From assembly GCF_041146345.1 (NCBI RefSeq), contig NW_027191415.1, positions 930,001 to 994,000 of the forward strand: a stretch of 64,000 nt of DNA, read 5' to 3'. This stretch comes from Neodothiora populina (taxonomy: Eukaryota). How positions within the stretch are numbered: position 1 is the first letter of the stretch; each line of letters opens with the position of its first letter. This document shows, piece after piece, positions 49,373-60,393 of the stretch. The position numbers were made by a program, and so were the translations under genes. The notes beneath the pieces are model-generated. The model was given only the letters and a program-made list of their open reading frames with translations, was not told the origin of the DNA and made no database searches.

Positions 49373-51115
49373 TCACTTCCCCAGCGCCTTCTCCTTGATG
49401 AACCACGCGGCAATCGCCGCACCAGTAACGAGACCCGCCTCGAGGACAAAGGCGCTCCGCGTACTCTTGGCATAGCACTCGCGCACGATCTCTCTGATTT
49501 CCGGTTCCAGCGTGGCGATATACGCCAGCGACTCACGGACGCGCTCAGCGATTTCCGTGGCGGCTTTGCCTGATTTGAGAGATTCCTTGAGAGAGTCGCG
49601 CAGGGATTGATTGGCGACTGTTGCGGACATCGAGACGCCGAAGACCGACCCCAAGGAGCGGAAGAGGTAGGAGCAGGCGGTGGCGACGGCTTGGTCTTCG
49701 CGTGACGAGTTGGCGATCAGACCGATGAGCGTGCTGGTTACTCCGATGCCGTTGCTGAAGCCGGAGATGCACATGCCTGCGATGAGGCCCGGCGTGCTCT
49801 TCACTACGACGCCGCTGAACATGATGATGAATGACAGGCCGACTACTAGACACGAGTAGGCAATGACGGTCAGGTAGTAGTATTTGCCCGTGCGTTGCAT
49901 GTAGAAGCCGCCGAAGAGACTGCCGCTGACGCCGCAGGCGATCGAGGGGATCAGGCGCACTCCTGCTTGGGTTGCTGTGAGGCCGTCTACGGCTTGGAAG
50001 TATAGCGGGATGTAGAAGAGGGCGGCGATCCAGCCTCCGAAAGCGAAGAAGTTGCAGGCATAGCAGGCGAAGAGGCTGCGGTGGAAAATGATGTGGCCTG
50101 GCGCGAATGGCTCCTTGGCGACTTTCATTTCGATGAAGATGAAAAGGGCGAAGAGGGGAACCGCGAGCGAAAGGGCTACAATGGTGATGGTTGCTTTCCA
50201 GCTGACGTTGCTTCCGCGATCCAGTGCAAGAAGGAGAGTAAAGACGGCACCAATCAACACTATTGCTCCTAGAAAATCGATGCGGCGAAGCTTTTGCTTC
50301 CAGTGGTCCTGGTCCTGGGGCGGCAGCTTGAGCAAGAGACCAACGGCCATGAATGCGACCAGACATAGCGGTGCCTGGCCGATGAACGCCCATCGCCAGC
50401 CAATGCTGTCCGCAAGAATACCTCCCAAAGGTGCACCCGCACCTGCGCCAGTCGCATAGACGATATTGATATAACCTTGCCACTTGCCACGCTCTCTCAA
50501 TGGCACAGCATCAGATATGAGAATGCTCACAACTGTAGTCATGCCTCCTCCTCCAATACCAGCAAATGCGCGAGCAGCGATTAACTCGCCCATGGTCCGA
50601 GCGAGACCGCAGAACAGGCAACCAAGACCAAAGACGAGGTAGGCGAACAACAAACATCCCTTGCGACCGAAGATATCCGACATCTTGCCATAGAGAGGCT
50701 GGAAGGAAGTGAGAGTAAGGAAATATGCTGTCGCTATCCACGAAGTACTGCTGAGAGCGTGCAATTCACTTCCGATCTTACCATACGACGAGACGATGAT
50801 GGTCTGATCTGCTGCAGATAACAAAACACCAATTGTAAGTGCAGGAAAGATGTACTTCATTCGACTCTTCATATGCTCAATTCCGGCGTCGGTGGTGGGT
50901 TTGTGCGGTGAACCATCCGCCTGCTCGACATCGTCGCTAGCGTTTCCTGAGCCCCCGTCCTGCAGTGTACTGCCGTCTGCTTCGAAGGTGCCATTAGTGG
51001 TAACTGATGCATTCTGAACGATAGCATCGGCCGGGTCAATTGTCTGGAGCGGCTTGTTTCCTAACAGCGGGGACGTTTCCGTGGGTTGACCATCGGCGCT
51101 TCCCCTGGTCGACAT
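49373..51115 (-). CDS. MFS transporter, DHA2/Vba-like, probably vacuolar
   Basis: Intronless. ETSPLL acidic dileucine sorting motif, WIATAYFLT, QPLYGKMSDIFGRK (MFS motif A), RAFAGIGGGG, RIDFLG. First ATG at 51115. Confidence 0.9.
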   Translation of the reverse strand: MSTRGSADGQPTETSPLLGNKPLQTIDPADAIVQNASVTTNGTFEADGSTLQDGGSGNASDDVEQADGSPHKPTTDAGIEHMKSRMKYIFPALTIGVLLSAADQTIIVSSYGKIGSELHALSSTSWIATAYFLTLTSFQPLYGKMSDIFGRKGCLLFAYLVFGLGCLFCGLARTMGELIAARAFAGIGGGGMTTVVSILISDAVPLRERGKWQGYINIVYATGAGAGAPLGGILADSIGWRWAFIGQAPLCLVAFMAVGLLLKLPPQDQDHWKQKLRRIDFLGAIVLIGAVFTLLLALDRGSNVSWKATITIVALSLAVPLFALFIFIEMKVAKEPFAPGHIIFHRSLFACYACNFFAFGGWIAALFYIPLYFQAVDGLTATQAGVRLIPSIACGVSGSLFGGFYMQRTGKYYYLTVIAYSCLVVGLSFIIMFSGVVVKSTPGLIAGMCISGFSNGIGVTSTLIGLIANSSREDQAVATACSYLFRSLGSVFGVSMSATVANQSLRDSLKESLKSGKAATEIAERVRESLAYIATLEPEIREIVRECYAKSTRSAFVLEAGLVTGAAIAAWFIKEKALGK

Positions 51116-51593
51116 GGTCGCAGGAGTCACACTGCACGAAATGCAATATTAGACTCGTGAAGAGAGCTAGCGTATGTACACCAGAAACAGAGAGTATATT
51201 CACAATCGCGAAAGAGTAGTTAGAAAGAACAAGATATCATTTTGCTGAGTCAAAGGAAAGTTATGCGATAGTGAGTCTGGGTGTAGCCGTAAAGCCTAAC
51301 TCCGAGATAAAAAAGTGGGCCTGTGATTGCTTGGATTGCTTGATATGGCACCGTCTGCTCTTCGCCTATCTGAGCTTCAGGGCGAGCGCAATATTAAATA
51401 TCGCCGACTTGCATAATTGGTCAGAGAGGTGCCGATCTTATCCTCGTCTTCGTGTGCACTGCTCTGCTGTACAGTTCCTGCACATGTATTTCATGTCTGT
51501 ACAAATATAACACTTGTGATTTTCTCCGACTTTATGAGGGTCGCGTGCTGTATGAAGGGAAACAATAGAGACAATAGAGTCATAAAATGATAT

Positions 51594-52983
51594 CTATGCA
51601 GCCAAAGGGAGATCGTCCATTTCCTTCTTCATGAACTTCCTGACCTCTTCCAAACCCTCCTTGACCACTTCTGTTTTGTTGACATATCCAATCCTGACAT
51701 AACCCTTGAACTCATCTCCGAAACACGTCCCCGGGAGAAACATGACTCCCGTCTTCTCTTGTAGCTGCTTGCAAAATTCGACCGCATCTACAGGCTTACC
51801 ATCCCTTTCGATTTTAATGAATGCTGTCGTGCCTGCTTCCGGCCTGACGTATGAGCAGTACTCGTCGTGCTTGATGACAAATCTTTCAATCATCTCAAGA
51901 TTTGTCCGCGCCAGGCTGATATTTCTTCCGAGCAAACTGTGAATCGTATCCTGACTTAAAGCGAAAGTAGCGATCTGCTGATCCAGCACACCTACACTGA
52001 TGGTGGTGTAGTCGCGAAACGAGGCACACTTCTCGATGATCTCTTTGCTTCGTGACGCTAACCAGCCGCAGCGAATGCCAGCCAGTGAATATGCTTTACT
52101 TAGCGAGCCTGTAACGATTGTCTTCTCGTAGCCCATGTTGATCATAGATGATGGGAAGTCCGAGTCCATCGGTCCAATCCCGTGGAACAGTGGACGGTAA
52201 ACCTCATCAGACAGAATGGTAATGTCATGTTCACTTGCCAATTCGATGACCTTCTCCAGAAGTGACTTCCGCAGGACTGCTCCAGTAGGGTTGTTGGGGT
52301 TACTAGAGGGAATTAGTTGTCGTTGAAGGACCAAGCGGGATGTTGACTAACTTGATGATGATTAACTTAGTGTTCGGCTTTATCAGGTCCTTCAGATCAT
52401 CAGCATCTGGTTGCCAATTCTTCTTCTCCTTTGCCTTCCACAAGTCGACATCAGCACCTAGCGACGCGGGCACAGAGTACAGCTGCTGATAAGTCGGATA
52501 ATGACAAATGACATGATCTCCAGGTCCAATCAGGCTGGCAAGAACAAGATAATTGGCAGCAATGGCACCCGGTTGTATCAGAATGTCGTCTGTTCGTAGG
52601 GGAGTCCCGACCTTCGACGAGTAGAGCCGAGCCAGGTTAGTGCGCAAGTTCTCACTGCCACGTATATCGCCATAATTGAGAACTGTAGATAGATCAATGA
52701 CATTCTCGCCTTTCTTTTCAGAAATGTCACGCAGTTCGTCCACAGATATCGAGGCGCAGCATGTTTCGGCTATATTGTATTTGGCTGTGGTTTCATATTT
52801 GTCCATCCACTATCACGAGTCAGAGGAGGCTCATGAGTAGCGGAAGAGGTGAAGGAAAGTGCCTGGCCATCCATAAATATCCTTCACAAGGAACATGATC
52901 TAGATATTGGGTCTGACGATCTTTAGTGATGTATAAACGAACGGACTTACTTGCTCGACAGCAAATGGCTCAATGGCAACCAT
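51594..52983 (-). CDS. PLP-dependent class I/II aminotransferase-fold enzyme (aspartate aminotransferase / capreomycidine synthase-like group)
   Basis: Exons 52983-52951, 52809-52352, 52302-51594. MVAIEPFAVEQWMDKYE, NNPNNPTG, DEVYR, SLSKAYSLAGIRCGW (PLP Lys), YVRIGY. Confidence 0.9.
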
Positions 52984-53340
52984 GATCAGTCAAAGTATAG
53001 CGGCGCTAAAGAATGGGCCGACAGAGATCTCAATTCGTTCACTGATCTATAGCCTTTCATATACAATACTACTCCCTCATACGTGTATAAAGTGTTTGGA
53101 GGGGTACTGTGAGGCGGGGCAGCGGACATGCTCCGCAATTTCGTCCCGACCTTCCGCATCAATGGATGAACGCCGGATTTTGTTTGTCTTGGCGGCAACT
53201 CATAATTTGTACCGACATTCAAATGGCTCAGAGCCCAAACCTGTACTACTCTATTACTGGGCATTCCCATCAATGCCAGCTTTTAGAGCTTCTAAGCAGC
53301 AGTGAGGGATGATGCACCATCGATCTCAGATCATGGAGGT

Positions 53341-54230
53341 CTACTGTGTTCTGGCGTAGAGCTGCTTTTGAACATCCAGGCTTCGTGTATGAATATCTTC
53401 TACGGAAGTGGTCTTCCATGATTTATCGAAAGGTACGCTACTATTTTTTTTTCTTCTTCTCACCATCACTCTGTCCTTTACAAGATGAACAAGGCCTTTT
53501 GGCCGATAATCCCAGCTCTTAGATGCATTGCACCAAAAACAACGCTTCGCAATTGCCCTGATAAAACGTCCCTTCTGATTATTCGCACACAAACTCGAAT
53601 TTTCGATTGTCCCCCATGTTGCTTTGACCTTATGCTAACATAGTATAATCAGACAGATCTGCCTTCGATAAGCTACGTTATGATCTCTGTAGCTGTCAAT
53701 ACTATATGATCTTCGATTCTCCACAATCCATTTGCCGTTGACAGTCTATGAAGGTCTTCTTGGGATATGGAATATCCATACCCGCTATAGACGTCGGTCC
53801 GGAAGCACATCACTAATCCAAAGGTCCATACATCCGCAGCATGAGTGAGGGTCTCTTCTGTGTGTCAACGAACGCGAGGGTCTGAACCATCATCGAATTG
53901 TATCTAGGTCGGACTGCTAGGATGGCCACCAACCTCGTAAGTCTCGATTAAAGCCTCGATATAAGACTCATCTGTCTGTGGTCGGCTTTTGCGATCACCA
54001 CTTCTGTCCGCATTAGTTGCTCTTGCTGTGTCGTATAGCTCTCGACATTACTTGCATCCTCCTTCTGTTAGCATTGACTAGCAGTTTATACACGATCATA
54101 GTAATCTGACTCTGTTATTATTAATTTTTCATGTCCGTTGTACACCTCAATCATTTGCCGCGTGTGAAATTCCTTTGAAATGCTTGCGTCAGCGAAGAAG
54201 GTCTCTGATGGCGCGATCCCTATGACTGAG
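53341..54230 (-). pseudogene. Possible degraded coding relic
   Basis: AT-richer stretch with protein-like minus-strand frames broken by stops, including THAADVWTFGLVM at about 53808-53846. Weak evidence. Confidence 0.2.
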
Positions 54231-54690
54231 CTATTCGTATATAAAGCATTGTCCAGTGAGACCTAGAGGTGAGGACTGATGATGCAGCAAGACGATACCA
54301 TAGCTTGCGCATAAACGACGTCAAGACATCTCGCTACCATGCATCCATGAATATCTGAACAATGTTCCTAGCTCAAAATAGCAAATAGGACCCTAATGCT
54401 AGAAGCCGTGACATACGGCGTGTATGCTAGCCGCGACGCCCTCTCGTCCAATCACGCCACCCCTTTTGATAATCCCCCACGCTTATGACCACATCCGGCA
54501 CATCACATGAGGTGACATGATCTCTTATGCAAGCAAGCCAGCAGATACAGCAAAGTAGGCAAGCAACGCAAGCATGTGAACGAGGTTCGACCCCAGCAAT
54601 CGCAAATAAAACAGGCTCGCTTCCCGCCGCCGCTATCATGGCACTACTACTGCTACATATAACCACCCGGGGGCAGAAGCAATTGATCTC

Positions 54691-55784
54691 ATGTCCGTCT
54701 CCGTTCAGGCATATAGACCATCACTACTAGTGGCTGTGATTGCGATTGTCATTGCGGCGATATACACGCGTTCGAGCAGCATGAGCACGATGTCTGAGAG
54801 TGGAAACAAAGACGCCATTGCGGGCATGGGCGTCTGGGCTGATGGTCCTTGTCCTATGGTACACACTCCAGTATACGAAACCCAGAAAGTGAGTAGGGCT
54901 GCGCAGCATTGAAAGTTCGGCCTGTCGCATGAATATAGGCCTCTATCTGGTGTATTGTTTCTAACGCATGTTTTTGCTGGCGCAAGTAGGATGACATCTG
55001 GACGACTGGAGCTACACACATGGCTTTGATCCATAATGCCATTCTCCGAGGCTTCAATTCTGTCTATCTGCAGGCACCACATGTGAAGCCGGGAGACTAT
55101 TCCGACTTTATTGGGTATAGTCTTGCTTGGTACAAGTTGGTAAAAAGCCACCATGACGACGAAGAAGCAGAGCTGTTCCCTAAAGTCGAGGGCGTGCTCA
55201 ATGAGAAAGGCATCTGGGAGGAGACTATGCTTGAACATGGTATGTATTGCTTTAGGAACGAATGTCGAAGCATAAAAGATGTGCGAATATGCTGATAAAC
55301 TTAAAACAACACAGAGTCATTTCTAGAAGGACTAGCAGCGTTTAACATATACCTAACCAGTCTCGCGGCGCCATCAGCTTTCTCGGGTTCAGAAGTCATA
55401 CGAATAATGGACACGTTCCGTGAGCCCTTCACGAACCACTTCCACTCCGAGATCCACACGATCGCCAACTTCTCGAATCTATCTTCGGCGACGTCTTCAA
55501 GTCCCGAGATGAGAGAAGCAGCGGCTCTGACTTTCAAGACTTGGGGTAAGAAGACGTTGACCAAGGCCGGCATGACGGACGTGGTGCCTTTTGCTCTACT
55601 GAACATGGATGCGACGTTCGAAGACGGCAAGTGGGCGAATTGGCCGCCGATGCCTGGTCCGGTCAAGTGGATGCTTCTCAATGTCTTTGGAAGCTGGAAT
55701 TGGGGGTGGTGGAAGTTCAGCAGTTGCGGTTCGGCGGGTATGCCTCGGCCGTTGTATGCACTGCAGGGAGTTGAGGTGAAATGA
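54691..55784 (+). CDS. Hemerythrin/HHE cation-binding domain protein with N-terminal hydrophobic segment
   Basis: Exons 54691-54888, 54990-55239, 55315-55784. MALIHNAILRGFNSVYLQA, HHDDEEAELFP, EHESF and HFHSEI di-iron ligand pattern; C-terminal WPPMP...WWKFSSC. Confidence 0.85.
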
Positions 55785-56015
55785 GATGGAAGCACTGGTT
55801 TTTTGACTGGACATGGTTCTCGCTTACTGATAAGTTGGTAGCATTTTATCTTCATTCGTTATTCATAGGGACTTGGTAATAAGCTCAACAGAACGAGATC
55901 CTGACCACTGATTTGCAATTGTTACCCGCCTCCATTTTCGAAGCAGTATGTGTGAGCAAGAAATGGCAATATTCGATACTCCCCACGTATTCATCATGCA
56001 CTTTGTGCTTACAGT

Positions 56016-57758
56016 CTACTTACGATCAAGATTCTCGTAGAATCTCCATGCAGACTTATGGTCAGGAGTCAGATCAGTCTTCTTGAGCAGAGCCCGGAGA
56101 AGCTCCATAGGCATCTGGCCCTCTCGCATAATGCGATCGTGAAATCGCTTCTCCGTCATCAATCCGCCATCTACGACTTCCTTCCTCAGCGCATACAGCT
56201 GTAGAGCACCGAGCATGTATCCTGCTTGATACAAAGGAGAGTAGTCACCAGCGAAAGATCTCCGCACCTCGCCCTCTGCCGTCGCACGTTCATGTCCTCC
56301 TTTATGGACCAAGAGCTCGATGCACTCCTGAGGGCTCATTTTGCCAAGATGAAAGTTGATGGAAAATGTAATTCTGCAGCATCTGTGCATTCGCCAGAAT
56401 AACATGCCGATGCGATTTTCTGGCGTCTTTGGAAATCGTTTGTTGTCCCAGAGGATCATCTCCCAGTAGAATGCCCAGCCTTCTACCGAGAAGCAGGTCT
56501 CGAACATCCAGCGATATGATCGGTATCGCGCATTCATGAAGAGCTGCAGGTGGTGACCAGGAATCAGTTCATGGAAGACCGTCGAGCGAGAGAAGTGGAT
56601 GTTGTTCCCGCGCATGCTCATAAGCTTTGCATTGTGATCCATGGTGTTGGTGGGATATGAGACGATGATCTCGTCGCCTCCGAGGAAGAAAGGATTGACG
56701 GCTTGTCTTGCTGGGGACATCATATGCATTGGTATCGTCTCCGATGCAAGTGGAGGTACTGTGATGAGATCATGCTTCTGGACGAACTCGGTGGCTTCTG
56801 CTGCGAGATCTTTGACTAGCTGCGTCTGCCGGCCTGGCTCGACATAGAGAGTCTTCACGTACTCGAGCGCCTTGCGCCAGTCTTCGCCATAGCCTAATTC
56901 CTTGGCCGCCTTCTTCATCTCACTTTCACACCAAGCATACTCCATATCGCCGATCTTGAGTATCTCCTCAGGAGTATATGAGATCTTTTCCGCGAGCAGA
57001 TCCGCAACCAGACCGTCACGCCCAATCGGGTCTCCGATGATGACAGAGTCCTTAATGTGGTATATACCAAGACTTCTTCCAATCATGCTCTCGTATTCTT
57101 TCAGATTGGTCTTGGCTGATTCGTAAGGATTAGCAACCCACCAGGTGAACATGGGGTCATAACCATGGTAGAAGTTGAACCATTCCTTAAGGTGTGCTCG
57201 CAGCTCCTTGAGACTTCTCATAGCACGAAATGCAGTCGAATTGTCTATTTTTGAGAGTTTCGAGCAAACTGCTCTACTGGCCTTGTTGACCTTCTGTCTA
57301 AGTCCATACATATCTTGAGCTGCTTTCTGGGCATCCATCGAGCTGACCTTCTGGCGGTCCTCACAAAGCTTAATGATTATACCAGAAAAGGGGAGCAGAG
57401 CTTCCATCTTCTTGTCCTTTGCAGCATCCAGTGAAAGTTGACGCAGTCCCCTCTCGAGATAGTTCCGAAGTAGTAAATAATCAATTCTCTCTTCCTGATC
57501 GTAAGAGTCGAATGGCTCATTGGCCGATTCAGTCAGCTCATCTTGGTAGAATTGCTCCAATCGCGCTCTACGGTTTGGGGATATCTTGATGTTATAGAAG
57601 GTGGTGATGTTCTTCAGGTCCTCACGGACTCGTTCAATCCTGTCTCTGATGGGCTCTGAAGGTGGTTCGTCACCATGATTGGAGTCGGGCTCGATGATAC
57701 AGTATTGTTCCAGGTCTGCCTCGATACAGGAAGTTGTGACTCGAGGGGTGGCGGCCAT
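56016..57758 (-). CDS. DUF885-family putative metallopeptidase
   Basis: Intronless 580 aa. FHELIPGHHLQ, EGWAFYWE, RMHRCCR, EVRR, YQAGYMLG and FHDRIM motifs, typical of DUF885. Confidence 0.8.
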   Translation of the reverse strand: MAATPRVTTSCIEADLEQYCIIEPDSNHGDEPPSEPIRDRIERVREDLKNITTFYNIKISPNRRARLEQFYQDELTESANEPFDSYDQEERIDYLLLRNYLERGLRQLSLDAAKDKKMEALLPFSGIIIKLCEDRQKVSSMDAQKAAQDMYGLRQKVNKASRAVCSKLSKIDNSTAFRAMRSLKELRAHLKEWFNFYHGYDPMFTWWVANPYESAKTNLKEYESMIGRSLGIYHIKDSVIIGDPIGRDGLVADLLAEKISYTPEEILKIGDMEYAWCESEMKKAAKELGYGEDWRKALEYVKTLYVEPGRQTQLVKDLAAEATEFVQKHDLITVPPLASETIPMHMMSPARQAVNPFFLGGDEIIVSYPTNTMDHNAKLMSMRGNNIHFSRSTVFHELIPGHHLQLFMNARYRSYRWMFETCFSVEGWAFYWEMILWDNKRFPKTPENRIGMLFWRMHRCCRITFSINFHLGKMSPQECIELLVHKGGHERATAEGEVRRSFAGDYSPLYQAGYMLGALQLYALRKEVVDGGLMTEKRFHDRIMREGQMPMELLRALLKKTDLTPDHKSAWRFYENLDRK

Positions 57759-58752
57759 GGTGGCAAAGTATCAGAGAAGCACGGTCACCAAAGGTGGTAG
57801 AGTTATGTCAGTGTCTAGTTTGCTCCTATGGATTTCTACAGTTGTATCCCTTGAAGCTACGAGATCACTCTGAAGTTCAATGCGACCTACAAAATAAGGG
57901 CATCGGCACAGGTAGCATCGCTGGAATAGCTATTCTTATCGTATGAGGTGTCGTACGATAAGGTCTCACAGATAGTACGGTAAACAAATGAGCTGCCTCA
58001 TGGGGTAATCGATATGGGGAAGCTCTCCAACTCGAGAGTGCACATCGCACTTCACCACACATGCGCGGAGAGTTTCCATCTGAGTTATGGAGCGACCAAC
58101 CTGTAGCGACCATCCTTTAGATGAGATCCAAAGCTTGAGTTCTCGTGATGTGTAAGCCAGCGGCGGCGGATTGAGACAAATTTCGTCGATGCAATCACGC
58201 AGTCTAAGCTCCCATATCGTACTTGCCCAATTATATCTAGTCAACGTACAGCGATATCCACCTGAAGTTTTGTTGATCTTTCCCGCATCAAAGAGTTGAT
58301 GACTGATCAATCGCACGTTAAAGGTGATGATCGGTCTGGTTTTCAGTCTTGTCACCTCTAATCTAGCTCTCTTGACCTGCTGCTTGGTGCACCCACTAAA
58401 GTTCATCTATTTCTATTGTTGATTTCTGCTTCAGTAAAGATATAGATGTTTTGATAATTCTGTCATCAGGCAATGATTTAATACAGTCACCATGTGTAGG
58501 ATCCGGAGAGGTGGGTGAGTACAAGGAGTTCACCAGAGCACCGCTCCATTCTAAGCCACTTCACTTGAAATTAGCCACTTCACTCGAAGACCACAAAGTA
58601 TGATAAGGTCAGCAGGTACCTTTCGTTTTACCCAGGAAATCCTCCTTCTCATTCTTCCCTTCACCACGCTTGATCCCCATCATCTACTTGTCACATCTCT
58701 CCTCATTGCTCAATTCCAGAGTGTCCCAAACGAGACATCATAACGAGTTATT

Positions 58753-59709
58753 ATGATGAAGCGTACGCCTTCGATCGATGATGGGCCTGCATCCGGCGTC
58801 CAGCCTTTAATAAAAACGACACGCAGAGATAGACATCCTTTAGTGAGCAGAGCTACTCGCAGACTTCCATGGCCACCTCTCGAGCTTGTTAGCCACGAGT
58901 TGTCGGAGGATATCAGCAACGCTAATCGAAAGAGTACTGATGGAAATCGAAGAGATTGGGCAAAGTTATACGATGCAGTGGTTCTGGGCTTCGATAACAA
59001 TGGTCATTCAGCAAAAACAAGGAATGGCCATCCGCCTTTGACCTTACTACGATTTCTAGAGCTCGAGACAGAGAGGAAAGTTTTCATCGGAAACGGAACC
59101 CTCAATAAGTGTTCAATTTTCAAAACTCAAGCTGATTACCTGATTAAGAGGAACTGATTCACATTGGTTACTGGCATTCCAGTATGTTACTGGAGATGTC
59201 TCGATGATGACCGGAGAAGACTCCAACCTGGCGAGACTCTCGAAAGTCTGGAGAAGTGCTTCAATGTCGAGCTTACTCTGGAGCAGAGTGAGGCTTTGGA
59301 TCAGAGCCGTAAAGACCAGCTGAAATTGACCATCAATTACGATACAGCCTCTTTGCCCGAGAAATACAAGCCATTTTAGCAGGTTACCCAAGGCCACGTC
59401 TTGGGTGCAAACATAAACCTCTCATTGTCTCAATCCTCAGCACAGAGCGCGATCGATGCGGAGGCTGCAGAATTTCTAACGCACCAGGCACAATCCCAGA
59501 ACGCAACAGAGCCGAAAGCCGAGAGAGAATTTAGGACTTTGCTCCTAGGCTTGGATCAGGACGTAGAGCTCTTGTACAAGAAGATCAAGGTCCTCGAAAG
59601 TCAAAACACCGAATTCGCGGAGCGAGAAATCGAGAGAGGAGAATATCCGCGTCGCAGCCGAAGCTCGTCGCCTGGCCAAAGTCGACGATACTATCAAGGA
59701 ACTCGATGA
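58753..59709 (+). pseudogene. Probable pseudogene: one reading frame of about 318 codons interrupted by two stops
   Basis: ORFs 58753-59157, 59164-59379 and 59401-59709 share the same frame. The only interruptions are TGA at 59155-59157 and TAG at 59377-59379. A pyrimidine-rich, promoter-like tract lies at about 58640-58710. Confidence 0.5.
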
Positions 59710-60393
59710 GTTGAGGAATCAACTTGGTCCGGCAGCGCTCGTACCCGTAGTGAGCTCTCAGATCAGCAAGGTGTCCAACGCCGTGAAGGAAATGAAAGGT
59801 CAGGATCAGACTGAGCTAGAGCCTCCTTCACTTGTCAGCGACATCCCATCAGCATCAGTCTGATCTCGCTGATGCGAATTTGGCACAGGAAGAGGGCTGA
59901 GAGAGCCCGCTTGTGTCTGTCCGCTATGACCCAATTCGCGCGTCTTTTTTCCGCGATTACTACCTAGGCATGAGTGAGCCACAGAGTTCAGTTCCAGCCT
60001 AACCACTACGGAACTGGGATGCAGGGGCACTTTATCACAACTGTATTGAAACATCTACGAAGCTGCCGGACAGGGTGGGCAAGTGAGGAGAAAAAGTACT
60101 TGTGCCATAACACAGGTTCGACTTGATTATTTGCTGAACAGCTGCTATGTCGACCAAACAAAAGGGGAGGGCAGTTTATGATACAAACAATTTCAACCCT
60201 ATCAGTTGCTGCAGGACTATCCTGATGTTCCGCTATAGTCATGTCTTTGTCACTTTGCATTCTTATGATCGGCCGTGTGTTCACATGATGGTCATTCCCA
60301 GCTTCATCAGGGTTTTTGATGATTTGAACATTGCAGGGAAGTAATAGTGATATTGAGAGCGTAAGGTATTATACCGGTTAAGACACAATCCCG

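Noticed and set aside
49545..50483. 312-aa minus-strand ORF within the MFS gene
   Set aside because: Off-frame Arg/Pro-rich product typical of GC-rich coding DNA.
54580..54600. GGTTCGACCC resembling a tRNA T-loop
   Set aside because: No cloverleaf, acceptor stem or A-box could be built around it.
58554..58584. AGCCACTTCACT direct repeat, 19-bp period
   Set aside because: Only two copies; a local duplication with no sign of transposon ends or an array.
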